This document shows, piece by piece, positions 48,367 to 58,808 of a stretch of DNA of 64,000 nt; the stretch's first letter is position 1; each line of letters opens with the position of its first letter. A program made the position numbers and the translations under genes. Source of the stretch: Candidatus Fermentibacteraceae bacterium. Lineage in GTDB: Bacteria; Fermentibacterota; Fermentibacteria; Fermentibacterales; JCC-6. The DNA lies in contig JBGSZS010000007.1 in assembly GCA_041750285.1 (NCBI GenBank), positions 160,001 to 224,000 of the forward strand. The letters run 5' to 3'. Under the pieces are notes generated by a model. It was not told where the DNA came from, ran no database searches, and saw nothing but the letters and a program-made list of their open reading frames with translations.

Positions 48367-49442
48367 TGAGCGATCCCACGCGTGAGCAGATCGTATCGAT
48401 GCTGAAGCTCAGAGCCCCTGAGGAACTTGAAGAGCTGAGGCGCAGGGCCGAAGACCTGACCCTTTCGACCCTCGGTAACCGCGTGCACTACCGCGGTCTG
48501 ATCGAGTTCTCCAACATCTGTTCCCTCAACTGCCTCTACTGCGGGATCAGACGTGGGAACAGCGTCCGGAACAGGTACACCGCAACAATGGAACAGATAA
48601 CCGAAGCCGCACGGTGGTGCGCCGGTGTCGGTTTCGGCTCGATCGTGCTGCAGTCCGGCGAGAGAACCGACCCGGCTTTCGTGGATTTCGTGGAGGAAGC
48701 CGTTTTGAAGATTAAAGGCGAAACGGTTTCCCCGAAGCTTCCGCAGGGGCTTGGGATAACCCTGTGCGTGGGTGAGCAATCCCGGGAGACACTGAAGCGG
48801 TTCAGAAAGGCCGGCGCCCACCGTTACCTCCTCCGGATCGAAACGACCAATCCGGGCCTTTTCAGCAGGATACATCCCGGCGAACAGACCCTGGAGAGCA
48901 GGCTGTCGTGCCTGAGGATACTTCGCGAGGAAGGTTTCGCCGTTGGCACGGGCGTCATGATCGGGCTTCCCTGGCAGACCACTGAAATGCTGGCCGATGA
49001 CCTTCTTTTCTACAGGGACAACGACTTCGACATGTTCGGAATGGGCCCCTTCATCCCCCATCACGGTACGCCCATGGGGAATGCGCCCGTCCTTCCCGAC
49101 GGCGAGCGAATGAGGCTGTCCCTTCTGATGATCGGGCTGACCCGGCTTCTCACCGTCACGACCAACATCGCAGCGACGACAGCGCTGCAGGCTCTCGATC
49201 CAACGGGAAGGGAGAAGGGCCTCTCGTGGGGGGCCAATGTGCTGATGCCCTCGGTCACGCCGGGGGAATTCCGGAAGGAGTACCTTCTCTACGATGGGAA
49301 ACCCTGTACCGACGAGAAGAAGGAAGACTGCCTGAACTGCCTGAGAATGCGTGTCGAGATGGCGGGACGGGTTGTGGCCGTTGACGACTGGGGAGATCCT
49401 GTTCACTATAAGGCAAGGGTTGACAACGAAGGGAGCCGGTGA
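48366..49442 (+). CDS. hydE: [FeFe]-hydrogenase maturase HydE
   Basis: RGLIEFSNICSLNCLYC, RYLLRIET, GMGPFIPH, YLLYDGK. Confidence 0.95.
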   Translation: MSDPTREQIVSMLKLRAPEELEELRRRAEDLTLSTLGNRVHYRGLIEFSNICSLNCLYCGIRRGNSVRNRYTATMEQITEAARWCAGVGFGSIVLQSGERTDPAFVDFVEEAVLKIKGETVSPKLPQGLGITLCVGEQSRETLKRFRKAGAHRYLLRIETTNPGLFSRIHPGEQTLESRLSCLRILREEGFAVGTGVMIGLPWQTTEMLADDLLFYRDNDFDMFGMGPFIPHHGTPMGNAPVLPDGERMRLSLLMIGLTRLLTVTTNIAATTALQALDPTGREKGLSWGANVLMPSVTPGEFRKEYLLYDGKPCTDEKKEDCLNCLRMRVEMAGRVVAVDDWGDPVHYKARVDNEGSR

Positions 49443-49942
49443 TGAGCGCGGAGGCAATCGAGGCCGTAAAGGGGGCCATCCTTCTCGAAAGACGGGGATG
49501 GGCTTTTTACACAAAAGTAGCGGCAGCAACCAGATCCGAGGGTGTGAGGGAAGTCTTCTCATCCATGGCAGAGGAGGAGAAGCGTCACGAAGAAGCCCTT
49601 TCCATCCACTACTCCTCCCTGGTGCGGGATGGGTCTCTTGCGGCGGTTACCACGCTGGGACAGGCCTCTGACATCTCCGGTGAAGTCCTGACCCGCAAAG
49701 TGATTGCGGAGATAGATGCCGCGGGATTCGAGGCTGCGGCCATTTCAGCTGCGATGGCCATGGAGGCTTCTGCGGAAAGGTACTACAGGGAAAAGGCAAC
49801 CGAAGCCGGGACTGAGAGCGGGAAGGACCTCTTCAACTGGCTTGCCGACTGGGAGCACGGGCATCTCGAAACCCTGGCCGACATGGATAGAGCCCTGATG
49901 GAGAGCATCTGGTTCGAGAACGGGTTCTGGCCGGAAATCTGA
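49442..49942 (+). CDS. Ferritin-like/rubrerythrin-domain protein
   Basis: Two E..(29-34)..ExxH units (EEKRH, WEHGH). Confidence 0.85.
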   Translation: MSAEAIEAVKGAILLERRGWAFYTKVAAATRSEGVREVFSSMAEEEKRHEEALSIHYSSLVRDGSLAAVTTLGQASDISGEVLTRKVIAEIDAAGFEAAAISAAMAMEASAERYYREKATEAGTESGKDLFNWLADWEHGHLETLADMDRALMESIWFENGFWPEI

Positions 49943-49968
49943 CAGATCCGAATCACGGAGGGGGCCAA

Positions 49969-51615
49969 ATGGTATCAAGGGGCGCACTGGCGGCAGTCCT
50001 GCTTCTATTTTCAGGAATTCTGCGGGCTGACGGCACTTTCACACTGAACATCCTCCATCTGAACGACACCCACTCCAACCTTTCGCCGGTATCCCTGCCC
50101 GTACTTCCCGACAGCGCGGGCGGGTTCGAGAGGATCGACGCCGGCGGCGCGGCGCTCATCGCGGCCGAGGTCAGACGAGTTAAGCACGGTGACGGAAACG
50201 TGCTGTTTCTCCACGCGGGTGACCTTGTGCAGGGAACGCTTTTCTACACGGTTTACGGCGGCAGGGCCGATGCCGCGGTGTACAACGCCATGGGGCTCGA
50301 TGCCATGGCCCTGGGCAACCACGAGTTCGACCGCGGAAGCGAAGGACTGGCCCTGCTTCTTGACGAGGTGCTCTTTCCGGTTGTCTGTGCCAACGTTTCC
50401 CTGGCGGACGACACACTCCTCGCCGGGCGGGTGGCGCCCTTCACCGTTCTGGAGACGGGCGGGGAGAGGATAGGCGTCATCGGATTGATCACCGAAGAGC
50501 TGTCCAGCGTTTCGAGCCCCTCTGAGCACACCGTGACGCTTTCAGCCCTCGAATCCGGACGCGCTGCGGTCGGGGCTCTTTCACGCATGGGTATCGACAA
50601 GATAGTCGTGCTTTCCCACCTGGGTTATCCGCACGACATCCGGCTCGCGGAATCACTGCCGGGCGTCGATGTGATAGTGGGTGGCCACACCCACACGGTC
50701 CTGGGACGTTTCGAGCATCTCGGGCTTTCGTCAGGGGGCGATTATCCAACGCTGGCCTCCGGTCCCGACGGCGGGAACGTTCTCATCGTCACGGCCTGGC
50801 GATACGGATCCATGCTTGGAAACCTGACCGTCGATTTCGACGGGGATGGAAGGGTGGTATCCTGGAGCGGTTCACCGCTCATCCTGACAAGGGAGGAGAC
50901 GCACGGAACTCCCGGGCTGTGGCGCACCGACCCCGATCCCTTCGTGGGGGAAATCGTGGAAGGCTATGCCTCGGCACTCCAGGATTTCCAGAACGAGTTC
51001 ATCGCCACTGCGGAAACCGACCTTCCCAACACAAGGGTTCCGGGGGGCGATCTTCCCCAGGGAAGCCTTATCGCTCCGATCGTGTGCGATGCCATGCTCT
51101 GGAAGGCGAACCGGCTGGGAGCGGGGGCGGACATTGCCGTGCAGAACGCGGGGGGCGTACGCATAGACGTTCCAAGGGGGGAGATAACGACAGGCACCGT
51201 CTACACGCTCCTGCCGTTCGGCAACACCATGGTGATTCTGGACGTCGGCGGACGCCAGGTCAAAGACCTTCTCGAGGAAGCCCTTTCGAGCATCTTCGAC
51301 ATGGGCTTGTCCGACGGCACGTTCCCATACGTCGCCGGGATGAGGTATACAGCGTCTCGCGGCGCCCCTTGCGGCAGCCGTGTGACAGCCGTTGAGGTGG
51401 CTGTCCCGGGAGGCGGCTACGAGCCGCTCGATCCCGAAGCCACGTACCGCCTGGTGACCAACAGCTTCGTGGCGGGAGGGGGAGACGGGTACGGTTCCCT
51501 CTCGCTCATTCCGGGAACCGACACGGGTTTCATCGACGCCGAGATCCTGGCAGAGTACTTCCGCGAACTGGGAACGGTGAGCCGGGTGGAACAGCGTGTA
51601 TTCCTCGGTGATTGA
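49969..51615 (+). CDS. Periplasmic 5'-nucleotidase (UshA/NadN-like)
   Basis: HLNDTHS, AGD, GNHEFD, SHLG, GGHTH, NAGGVR, GGDGY. Confidence 0.92.
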   Translation: MVSRGALAAVLLLFSGILRADGTFTLNILHLNDTHSNLSPVSLPVLPDSAGGFERIDAGGAALIAAEVRRVKHGDGNVLFLHAGDLVQGTLFYTVYGGRADAAVYNAMGLDAMALGNHEFDRGSEGLALLLDEVLFPVVCANVSLADDTLLAGRVAPFTVLETGGERIGVIGLITEELSSVSSPSEHTVTLSALESGRAAVGALSRMGIDKIVVLSHLGYPHDIRLAESLPGVDVIVGGHTHTVLGRFEHLGLSSGGDYPTLASGPDGGNVLIVTAWRYGSMLGNLTVDFDGDGRVVSWSGSPLILTREETHGTPGLWRTDPDPFVGEIVEGYASALQDFQNEFIATAETDLPNTRVPGGDLPQGSLIAPIVCDAMLWKANRLGAGADIAVQNAGGVRIDVPRGEITTGTVYTLLPFGNTMVILDVGGRQVKDLLEEALSSIFDMGLSDGTFPYVAGMRYTASRGAPCGSRVTAVEVAVPGGGYEPLDPEATYRLVTNSFVAGGGDGYGSLSLIPGTDTGFIDAEILAEYFRELGTVSRVEQRVFLGD

Positions 51616-51691
51616 TTCGGTTTTCGCTCACGGGCGGGGTTATATTCGCCTGTGATCGTCCGGTTACAGAACCTTGACAAGGAGGGTATCC

Positions 51692-52285
51692 ATGAACAAA
51701 AAAGTCCTTGCATTCCTGATCGCCGCGGCGGTCTCGGTCATGTCGGGGTGCGGCGATCAGCCGGCACCCGAGCCGGCGGCAGAAGCGCCGGAAGATGCTG
51801 AGCCCCAGGCCGTCGAACTCAGTGACACCATCGTGCTGCCCGACGGGTGGGAGATTTCCGACGCCATCAGTGCAGCCGAGGTCGAGGCCATTCTTGGCAG
51901 GACCGGTTACAGCTACTGGCACGAAACCCTCAGCGACCCGGCGGCGGGAAAACCCCAGGGAAGCTACTTCGACGGCAGTCTTGCCGCTTCCAAGATCAAC
52001 TTCCTCGTCTACACGTTCGACGGCCCCGCGAATTTCGACAGGGTAAGCGGTTACGTGAACGACAGCACCGAAGTCGAGGGCGACCTCTGGGACAGGGCCA
52101 TAATCGGCACGATGGGCGGCGCCATTGATGAGGTCAGCGTCGGAATGCTGATCCTTCGCGGAGACGTCTGCATTCGCATAAAGTGGGACGCAGCCGTTTA
52201 CGAAGGCTACGACAGGATCGAGCTCAGCGTGAAGCTTGCCGAACAGCTCATCAACAATCTCTACGGGGGTCCCAGGGATCTCTGA
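51692..52285 (+). CDS. Hypothetical lipoprotein
   Basis: MNKK...MSGC lipobox, Pro/Ala/Glu linker, AAGGAGG RBS. Confidence 0.75.
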   Translation: MNKKVLAFLIAAAVSVMSGCGDQPAPEPAAEAPEDAEPQAVELSDTIVLPDGWEISDAISAAEVEAILGRTGYSYWHETLSDPAAGKPQGSYFDGSLAASKINFLVYTFDGPANFDRVSGYVNDSTEVEGDLWDRAIIGTMGGAIDEVSVGMLILRGDVCIRIKWDAAVYEGYDRIELSVKLAEQLINNLYGGPRDL

Positions 52286-52347
52286 TCGTTCCGGTTAGAC
52301 CCTGCGGTTCCGGGCACTGCCCGGAACCGCGCTGTTTTGGGGGAAAA

Positions 52348-53847
52348 ATGCTGGAGACCATGGGTTTCGACAACGGAAAGTACCTGTCTGAGCAGACCGG
52401 AGCCATAGCTTCCCGTCTCGGGCAGTTCTCGGGCAGGCTTTACCTCGAGTTCGGCGGCAAGCTGATGTACGACCTTCACGCTTCGAGGGTCCTTCCCGGG
52501 TATGACCCCAATGTAAAGATCAGGCTTCTTCAGGAACTCAGGGACCAGGCCGAGATCATCCTGTGCATTTACGCGGGGGACATCGAGAAGCGAAAGATGA
52601 GGGGGGATTTCGGCATCAGTTATGATGCCGACGCAATGAGGCTCATAGACGACCTGAGGCGCCGTGACCTCACCGTGTGCGGAGTCGTGATAACCCGGTA
52701 CGCCGAGCAGCCTGCGGCTGACGTGTTCAGGAACCGCCTGGAGCGAAGCGGAGTGCGGGTCTACGCCCATCCCTTCACCAGGGGGTACCCAACCGACACC
52801 GACCTCGTGGTCAGCCCCGAGGGTTACGGCAGGAACGATTACATACAGGCCACCAAACCCCTGGTGGTGGTGACGGGGCCCGGACCCGGCAGCGGAAAGC
52901 TGGCCACCTGCCTTTCCCAGCTCTACCATGACCACCGCCGGGGAGTGAACTCGGGGTACGCCAAGTTCGAGACCTTCCCCATCTTCAACCTTCCCCTGAA
53001 ACACCCCGTGAACGCCGCCTACGAGGCTGCCACCGCAGAACTCGGCGACGTGAACATGATCGATCCCTATCATCTGGAAGCCTACGGGAAGCCCGTGGTG
53101 AACTACAACCGTGATGTCGAGGCTTTTCCGCTCCTGCGAAGGATACTCGAGAAGATTACAGGGTCCCGGTCCCCCTATTCCTCACCCACCGACATGGGCG
53201 TCAACAGGGCGGGGTTCGGGATAGTCTCCGACGAAGCCGTTAGGGAAGCATCGAAACAGGAGATGGTAAGAAGGTACTTCAGGTACCGCTGCGAGTTCGT
53301 CATGGGACTTGTGGAAGAGAAAACGCTTCAGAAGGTAGAGCTTCTGCTGAACGATCACGGAATATCTCCCGAGTACCGCTCGGTGGTCCTTCCGGCAAGG
53401 GCCGCCGCAGCCGATGACCCCTCAGGCGTTTCGAGAACCGGGGCGGCGATCGAACTCCGGGACGGATCGATCCTGACCGGGCGGAACTCGGATCTGATGA
53501 CGGCGGCAAGCGCCGTGGTCATAAACGCCATCAAGCGTCTCGCAGGGATTCCCGACCGGATACACCTTCTCACGCCCGAAACGATAGCATCGATAAGGAA
53601 GCTGAAGGAAACCCTTGGGGGGCCAAGGACCTGGCTCACCCTTGACGAGGTGCTCATCGCCCTGGGAATCAGCGCCACGAACAGTCCGGCAACCCTCGAG
53701 GCACTGGAGCGTCTTCCCCTGCTCGCGGGAGCCGAGGTACACATCACGCACATTCCCGTACCCGGGGACGAGGAAGGTTTCAGAAGGCTTGGTGTGAACC
53801 TGACCACCGACGCGAGCTTCGATTCGTTGAACCTTTTCAACGGCTGA
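52348..53847 (+). CDS. DUF1846 (UPF0371) protein
   Basis: LYLEFGGKL, GPGPGSGKLATCLSQ, YAKFETFP, SPTDMGVN. Confidence 0.9.
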   Translation: MLETMGFDNGKYLSEQTGAIASRLGQFSGRLYLEFGGKLMYDLHASRVLPGYDPNVKIRLLQELRDQAEIILCIYAGDIEKRKMRGDFGISYDADAMRLIDDLRRRDLTVCGVVITRYAEQPAADVFRNRLERSGVRVYAHPFTRGYPTDTDLVVSPEGYGRNDYIQATKPLVVVTGPGPGSGKLATCLSQLYHDHRRGVNSGYAKFETFPIFNLPLKHPVNAAYEAATAELGDVNMIDPYHLEAYGKPVVNYNRDVEAFPLLRRILEKITGSRSPYSSPTDMGVNRAGFGIVSDEAVREASKQEMVRRYFRYRCEFVMGLVEEKTLQKVELLLNDHGISPEYRSVVLPARAAAADDPSGVSRTGAAIELRDGSILTGRNSDLMTAASAVVINAIKRLAGIPDRIHLLTPETIASIRKLKETLGGPRTWLTLDEVLIALGISATNSPATLEALERLPLLAGAEVHITHIPVPGDEEGFRRLGVNLTTDASFDSLNLFNG

Positions 53848-55066
53848 GGCTGTGCCGGCCCCCCATGGCGAACGTCAGAAGCGGCGGGGTGACAACCGCC
53901 GTGATCACTATCATGACCATGGCCGCAGCCATGTCGCCGGAACCGATCATCCCGTTGAGAAGTGAGACGCTGGCAGCCACAAGGCCCACCTCCAGCCTCG
54001 GGATCATTCCTATCCCGACAATGCTGCTCTGTCTGAGCGTGAGCCTCGATGCCAGGGCCGGAACGAAGCACCCCACGAATTTCCCCGCCACGCACAGGGC
54101 AGTATAGACCAGGCTGAACACCAGCACGCTTCCCATGGCGCGTATGTCAACCATCATGCCGGTCATGCAGAAGAATACCGGAACAAGAAGTTCCTTGACG
54201 GGCACGAGCTTTTCGGATATCCGATGCGCTGATCTGGTTCCCGACAACACAAGGCCCATTACATATGCGCCCACCACCAGTGCGAGACCGAAGAACTCAG
54301 CCAGGCCCGCCGCGAGCAGTCCGATGGCCAGGGCGAAGGCTGCCTGGGAAGAAGCGTCGCCAGCTTTCGTGATCAGCCACAGCAGCTGCTTCTGAAGCAA
54401 CAGCCCGAGGGCGAGCAGAACGGCGAAGAAACCGAATCCCTTCAGGAGTATCGTCAGAATGCCGCCCGCATCGCTTCCCCCGCCGGGAACACTGGTGACC
54501 ACGGCCAGGATGACAAGACCGATCACATCATCCATGACCGCAGCGGAGAGCGTGACGGAGCCTTCGGGAGTGTTGATCCTCTTCATGTCGAAGAAAACCC
54601 TCGCAGTCAGGGAAATCGAGGTTGCCGCTGCTATGGCTCCGAAAGCGAGCACCCTGTGGTCCGCCAGACCTTCGCCTCCTCCTGCGAGGATCACCGCAAG
54701 GCCTCCGCCGGCGAAACCCAGGACTGCTCCGCCCAACCCCACTGCGAAACCCTTGGGAGCGAAGCGAAGAAAACCCCTCAGATCGGTTTCGAGACCTGCC
54801 GTAAAAAGGAGCGTAACGATGCCGACAATTGTTATGCCGTGCAGCAGCCCCTCGTGGAATGCTCCGTCGGGACCGGTCGGAAACGCGGGCCCGAGGGAGA
54901 AGATCGTAAGGTTGCCGAGGGCGTAGGGACCGATGACAAGACCCACCAGCATCTCCCCTATCACGGCGGGTTGTCTGAGGAGTTTCTGGGTCACTCTTCC
55001 CGCGACTTTGGCGGCCAGGACTATCAGCGCGAACTGAAGCACGAACCTTGCGTCTGTGAATTCCAC
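53837..55066 (-). CDS. CPA2 cation:proton antiporter
   Basis: AGLETD, ATSIS, AVMDD, GMIPRLEV; ~12 TMs. Confidence 0.9.
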   Translation of the reverse strand: MEFTDARFVLQFALIVLAAKVAGRVTQKLLRQPAVIGEMLVGLVIGPYALGNLTIFSLGPAFPTGPDGAFHEGLLHGITIVGIVTLLFTAGLETDLRGFLRFAPKGFAVGLGGAVLGFAGGGLAVILAGGGEGLADHRVLAFGAIAAATSISLTARVFFDMKRINTPEGSVTLSAAVMDDVIGLVILAVVTSVPGGGSDAGGILTILLKGFGFFAVLLALGLLLQKQLLWLITKAGDASSQAAFALAIGLLAAGLAEFFGLALVVGAYVMGLVLSGTRSAHRISEKLVPVKELLVPVFFCMTGMMVDIRAMGSVLVFSLVYTALCVAGKFVGCFVPALASRLTLRQSSIVGIGMIPRLEVGLVAASVSLLNGMIGSGDMAAAMVMIVITAVVTPPLLTFAMGGRHSLSR

Positions 55067-55203
55067 GGGTCTCTCCGATGGGTGTGAATGGAGCCGTAAA
55101 ATAAGCAAATTCAAGGCGGATTGCGAACAGCCAGGCGCTTTTCACTGCGGCCTGGATTGTGCATTATCAGGCTGAAAAGCACGCGCAGGAAAGGAAGGCC
55201 CCC

Positions 55204-57081
55204 GTGAAAAAGCTTGGGGATATGCTTCTGGGAGAAAGCCCCTTCCAGGAGCTTGTGATGGGCAATACCGCCCTGGTAAGGGGCATGGTCGAGGCAGGGG
55301 TGAGGGTGGTCACATCCTACCCGGGCTCGCCGACACCCGAGATCGCTACGGCCATCGCCTCGATCGAAAAGGACAGACGGCCGTTCCACTTCGAGTTCTG
55401 CGTCAACGAGAAGGTGGCGGCGGAGGTCGCATACGGTGCCGCCGTAAACGGCCGGCCGTCGGTCGTCTTCTTCAAGAGCGTGGGGCTCAATGTCGCTTCG
55501 GACACCTTCGTTCAGCTCAACCACATGGACATCCCCGGAGGCATGGTGGTGATAGTCGGGGACGACCCCGGAGCACATTCGTCCCAGAACGAACAGGACA
55601 ACAGGCATTTTGCCAGGATGAGCTACACACCGCTGCTCGAACCGGCAACGCCATCCGAAGCCTACGCCTTCCTCCTCAAAGCGGTCTCAATGGCCGGAAT
55701 GCACCGCATGGCAGTCATGCTCAGACTGACCACCCATGTTTGCCACGCCAAGGAAATGGTTTCCTTCGGCGGCTGGTCGAACCCTCCCCGGGATGACACA
55801 CCCCTTTTCGACGGGTCGGGAGGAAGCCACATTCCGATCGGAGCAATGGTGGCCCGGATGAAGAAGAGGGCCATTGAACGGCTGAAGGCTTCACACGAGC
55901 CGGGCCTCGACAGGATCGTCGATAACGGCAATCCGAAGAGGGGAGTCATCACCGCCGGGCTTCCCTTCCTGTCGGTTCAGGACGCCCTTGCAAAAGCGGA
56001 CAGGAAGCCGGACATCCTCAAGCTGGGGATGGTTCACCCGCTTTCTCGCGAAGGGATCTCCGATTTTCTTCGGGGCCACTCTGAAGTGCTCGTCCTGGAG
56101 GAACTGGATGACTTCATCGAGCAGTCGGTGAAAGCCGTGGCGCACGATGGCGGAATCTCCACGCGGGTTCTGGGAAAGGAATGCACCGAAGACTGGATAG
56201 GCGAGTTCACTCCCGGCAGGGTGCGTGAGATCCTCCACAGGCTCTGGCCCGATTCGGTCGATGCTCCCGTCTCCGTTTCCGGGAACCTGGCCGCTCCCGC
56301 AAGGTTTCCACAGATGTGCCCGGGCTGCGGCCACCGCAGCGCGTTCTTCGCCATCGGCAAGGCACTGCGGGAAAGCGACATCACCGTTGCCGACATCGGC
56401 TGTCACACGCTCGGTTTCCTGCCTCCCCATGAGATCGGGCGTCTCCTCATGTCAATGGGTGCATCCACAGGCATCGGGCAGGGTCTTTCCCTGTTCAACT
56501 CCGAAAGGAGGGTTGTCGCCTTCCTTGGAGACTCCACATTCTTCCACGCGGGGATCCCCGGTGTGATAAACGCCCTCTTCAACAACCACAGGCTTACCCT
56601 GATCGTTATGGAGAACGGCACCACGGCCATGACCGGCCATCAGGAACACCCCGGGACCGGACGCAACTTCAACGACCCGACCGATAGGATCCCCATCCGC
56701 AGAGTTCTTGAAGGGCTGGGCATTCAGAACATCTCCGAGGTCGACACCTACGACCAGAAAGCGCTGACGCTGGCGGTCGGGAAGGCGCTTGACGCTCCCG
56801 GGCTGAGCGTGGTCATCGCAAAGCACCCGTGCATGCTCAAGTTCTCCCGCCAGCAGCGCAGGAAGCCCGGGTTTGTCCAGAGATACGTCGAGGTCTCCCA
56901 GGACTCGTGCACACTGGCCAGGGAATGCATCGACAGGTTCGGCTGCCCCTCCTTCAAGAGGGACGGCGAAACGGGCCGGGTCTCAACCAACACCGACCTC
57001 TGCATCGGCGATGGCTCATGCATTCAGACGTGCCCCTCCGAAGCCATAGGCGCAGTTGCGCCCGGGAAGGAGTCCCGATGA
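55204..57081 (+). CDS. iorA: Indolepyruvate:ferredoxin oxidoreductase alpha
   Basis: YPGSP, NEKVA, SSQNEQD, CPGCGH, GDSTFFH, C-terminal ferredoxin Cys. Confidence 0.92.
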   Translation: MKKLGDMLLGESPFQELVMGNTALVRGMVEAGVRVVTSYPGSPTPEIATAIASIEKDRRPFHFEFCVNEKVAAEVAYGAAVNGRPSVVFFKSVGLNVASDTFVQLNHMDIPGGMVVIVGDDPGAHSSQNEQDNRHFARMSYTPLLEPATPSEAYAFLLKAVSMAGMHRMAVMLRLTTHVCHAKEMVSFGGWSNPPRDDTPLFDGSGGSHIPIGAMVARMKKRAIERLKASHEPGLDRIVDNGNPKRGVITAGLPFLSVQDALAKADRKPDILKLGMVHPLSREGISDFLRGHSEVLVLEELDDFIEQSVKAVAHDGGISTRVLGKECTEDWIGEFTPGRVREILHRLWPDSVDAPVSVSGNLAAPARFPQMCPGCGHRSAFFAIGKALRESDITVADIGCHTLGFLPPHEIGRLLMSMGASTGIGQGLSLFNSERRVVAFLGDSTFFHAGIPGVINALFNNHRLTLIVMENGTTAMTGHQEHPGTGRNFNDPTDRIPIRRVLEGLGIQNISEVDTYDQKALTLAVGKALDAPGLSVVIAKHPCMLKFSRQQRRKPGFVQRYVEVSQDSCTLARECIDRFGCPSFKRDGETGRVSTNTDLCIGDGSCIQTCPSEAIGAVAPGKESR

Positions 57082-57638
57082 ACATTCACATGACGGGAGT
57101 GGGCGGACAGGGTATCGGCCTTCTCAGTGAACTCCTTCTCAGGGCCCTTTCGAGGGCAGGCATGGAGGTCAGGGGAGTCGACACCCACGGTCTGGCACAA
57201 CGGGGAGGCGTGGTGAATTCCCAGATCAGGACGGGAAGCGGAGAGTTCTCCCCCCTGATTGCTCAGGGCGAGGCGGATCTTGTGCTTGCGCTCGAGCGCC
57301 ACGAAGCCCTGAGGGCAGTGAGCGGATATCTCCGCGACGGCGGGGCTCTTGCGTACTACGATGCGGTCTGGCAGCCCTTCGAGGTCAGGAACGGCACGGT
57401 GCCGGGGGTCTCGACGGAAGCCCTGCATGAGGAGTGCAGGCGCCGGGGCATCCGGGTCGTCAGGGTGTTCCGCGATGACCTTCCCGATTCCCGGATGCAG
57501 AACACTGCCCTGCTGGGGGAAGTACTGCGCAGCGGACTTGTTCCGGGTCTCGCCGCGGAGCACGTCACCGGAGCCATGGAGGACCTGCTGCAGGGCGGGG
57601 CATTAAAGGCGAACCTGGGAATACTTGGTGTCCGGTAG
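57078..57638 (+). CDS. iorB: Indolepyruvate:ferredoxin oxidoreductase beta
   Basis: GVGGQG, HGLAQRGG, EALR. Confidence 0.9.
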   Translation: MNIHMTGVGGQGIGLLSELLLRALSRAGMEVRGVDTHGLAQRGGVVNSQIRTGSGEFSPLIAQGEADLVLALERHEALRAVSGYLRDGGALAYYDAVWQPFEVRNGTVPGVSTEALHEECRRRGIRVVRVFRDDLPDSRMQNTALLGEVLRSGLVPGLAAEHVTGAMEDLLQGGALKANLGILGVR

Positions 57639-57685
57639 CCATTGGTTATAATCCTGGTGTATCCTAACGGAAGGGAAGGTGCGGC

Positions 57686-57895
57686 ATGGCCGGGAAGAAG
57701 GCTTGTTTCGTCGATTACATAGCCCTGATCCTGCTTATCGTCGGCGGGATCAACTGGGGGCTCGTGGGTGCGATTCAGAAGGACCTCATCCAGGGCATTC
57801 TCAACCTCGATCTATCCATCGCGCGAAGCATCTATGTGCTCGTGGGCCTCGCCGGTCTCTGGGGTCTCTTTGCAACCCTCGGAAGGCTGAAGTAG
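57686..57895 (+). CDS. DUF378 small membrane protein
   Basis: IVGGINWGLVG, IYVLVGLAG. Confidence 0.9.
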   Translation: MAGKKACFVDYIALILLIVGGINWGLVGAIQKDLIQGILNLDLSIARSIYVLVGLAGLWGLFATLGRLK

Positions 57896-57918
57896 TCCGT
57901 TATTTCTGAAGGAGCCCC

Positions 57919-58803
57919 TTGAAGCTTTCGGTGATAATCCCCGCCTTCAACGAAGAGCAGTCCATCGTCTCAACGGTTGAGCGGGTGAGGGATACGTTGT
58001 GCCGGTCCGGCATCGACGCAGGGATAATCGTTGTGAACGACGGCTCTACCGATGCCACGGGCCGTCTGGCCAAGTCCACCGGTGTCATGGTGCTCGACCA
58101 CGAACGCAACCTGGGCTACGGCGCATCGCTGAAAACGGGGATCCGCAACGCTTCATCCGATGTTGTAGCGATCATCGACGCCGACGGCACCTACCCCGTC
58201 GACCGCCTGCCCGACCTTCTCAATGCCATGCCCGGAGCCGAGATGGTCGTGGGCAGCAGGACGGGAGACACGGTACGCATTCCAATCGTGCGCAGACCGG
58301 CCAAGTGGGTCCTGAACAAACTGGCCAACCGTCTGACCGGAACCCGTATCCCCGACCTCAACTCGGGGTTGAGGGTATTCACGCGAAGCCTGGCTCTCCG
58401 TTACCTCAACCTTCTGCCCGAAGGATTCTCCTTCACCACCACGATAACGGTTGCTTCGCTCTGCGACGGCATCCCGGTACGCTTCATCCCCATCGACTAC
58501 CATACCCGTGAGGGTTCCTCGAAGATCAGGCCCGGCCACTTCCCCAACTTCCTCATGCTGGTGTTCAGGCTCGCAGTCCTTTTCAGGCCCCTGAAGGTCT
58601 TCCTTCCGGCATCCATGACCCTGTTCATCCTGGGACTTCTAAAGCTTTGCCTCGATTTTGCGATCGCCGTCGGCCATGTCGGTCTCACGCCAGACCTCGC
58701 AAGCTACCCCGTCATTTCCACGACAACGGTGATCTTTCTGGTTTCCAGTCTGCAGGTCCTTCTTGTGGGCATGGTCGCCGAGGCCCTGGCAGTAAGGCGG
58801 TAG
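57919..58803 (+). CDS. GT2 polyprenol-phosphate glycosyltransferase-like
   Basis: IPAFNE, DGSTD, IDADG, DLNSG; two C-terminal TMs. Confidence 0.88.
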   Translation: MKLSVIIPAFNEEQSIVSTVERVRDTLCRSGIDAGIIVVNDGSTDATGRLAKSTGVMVLDHERNLGYGASLKTGIRNASSDVVAIIDADGTYPVDRLPDLLNAMPGAEMVVGSRTGDTVRIPIVRRPAKWVLNKLANRLTGTRIPDLNSGLRVFTRSLALRYLNLLPEGFSFTTTITVASLCDGIPVRFIPIDYHTREGSSKIRPGHFPNFLMLVFRLAVLFRPLKVFLPASMTLFILGLLKLCLDFAIAVGHVGLTPDLASYPVISTTTVIFLVSSLQVLLVGMVAEALAVRR

Positions 58804-58808
58804 TTCCG

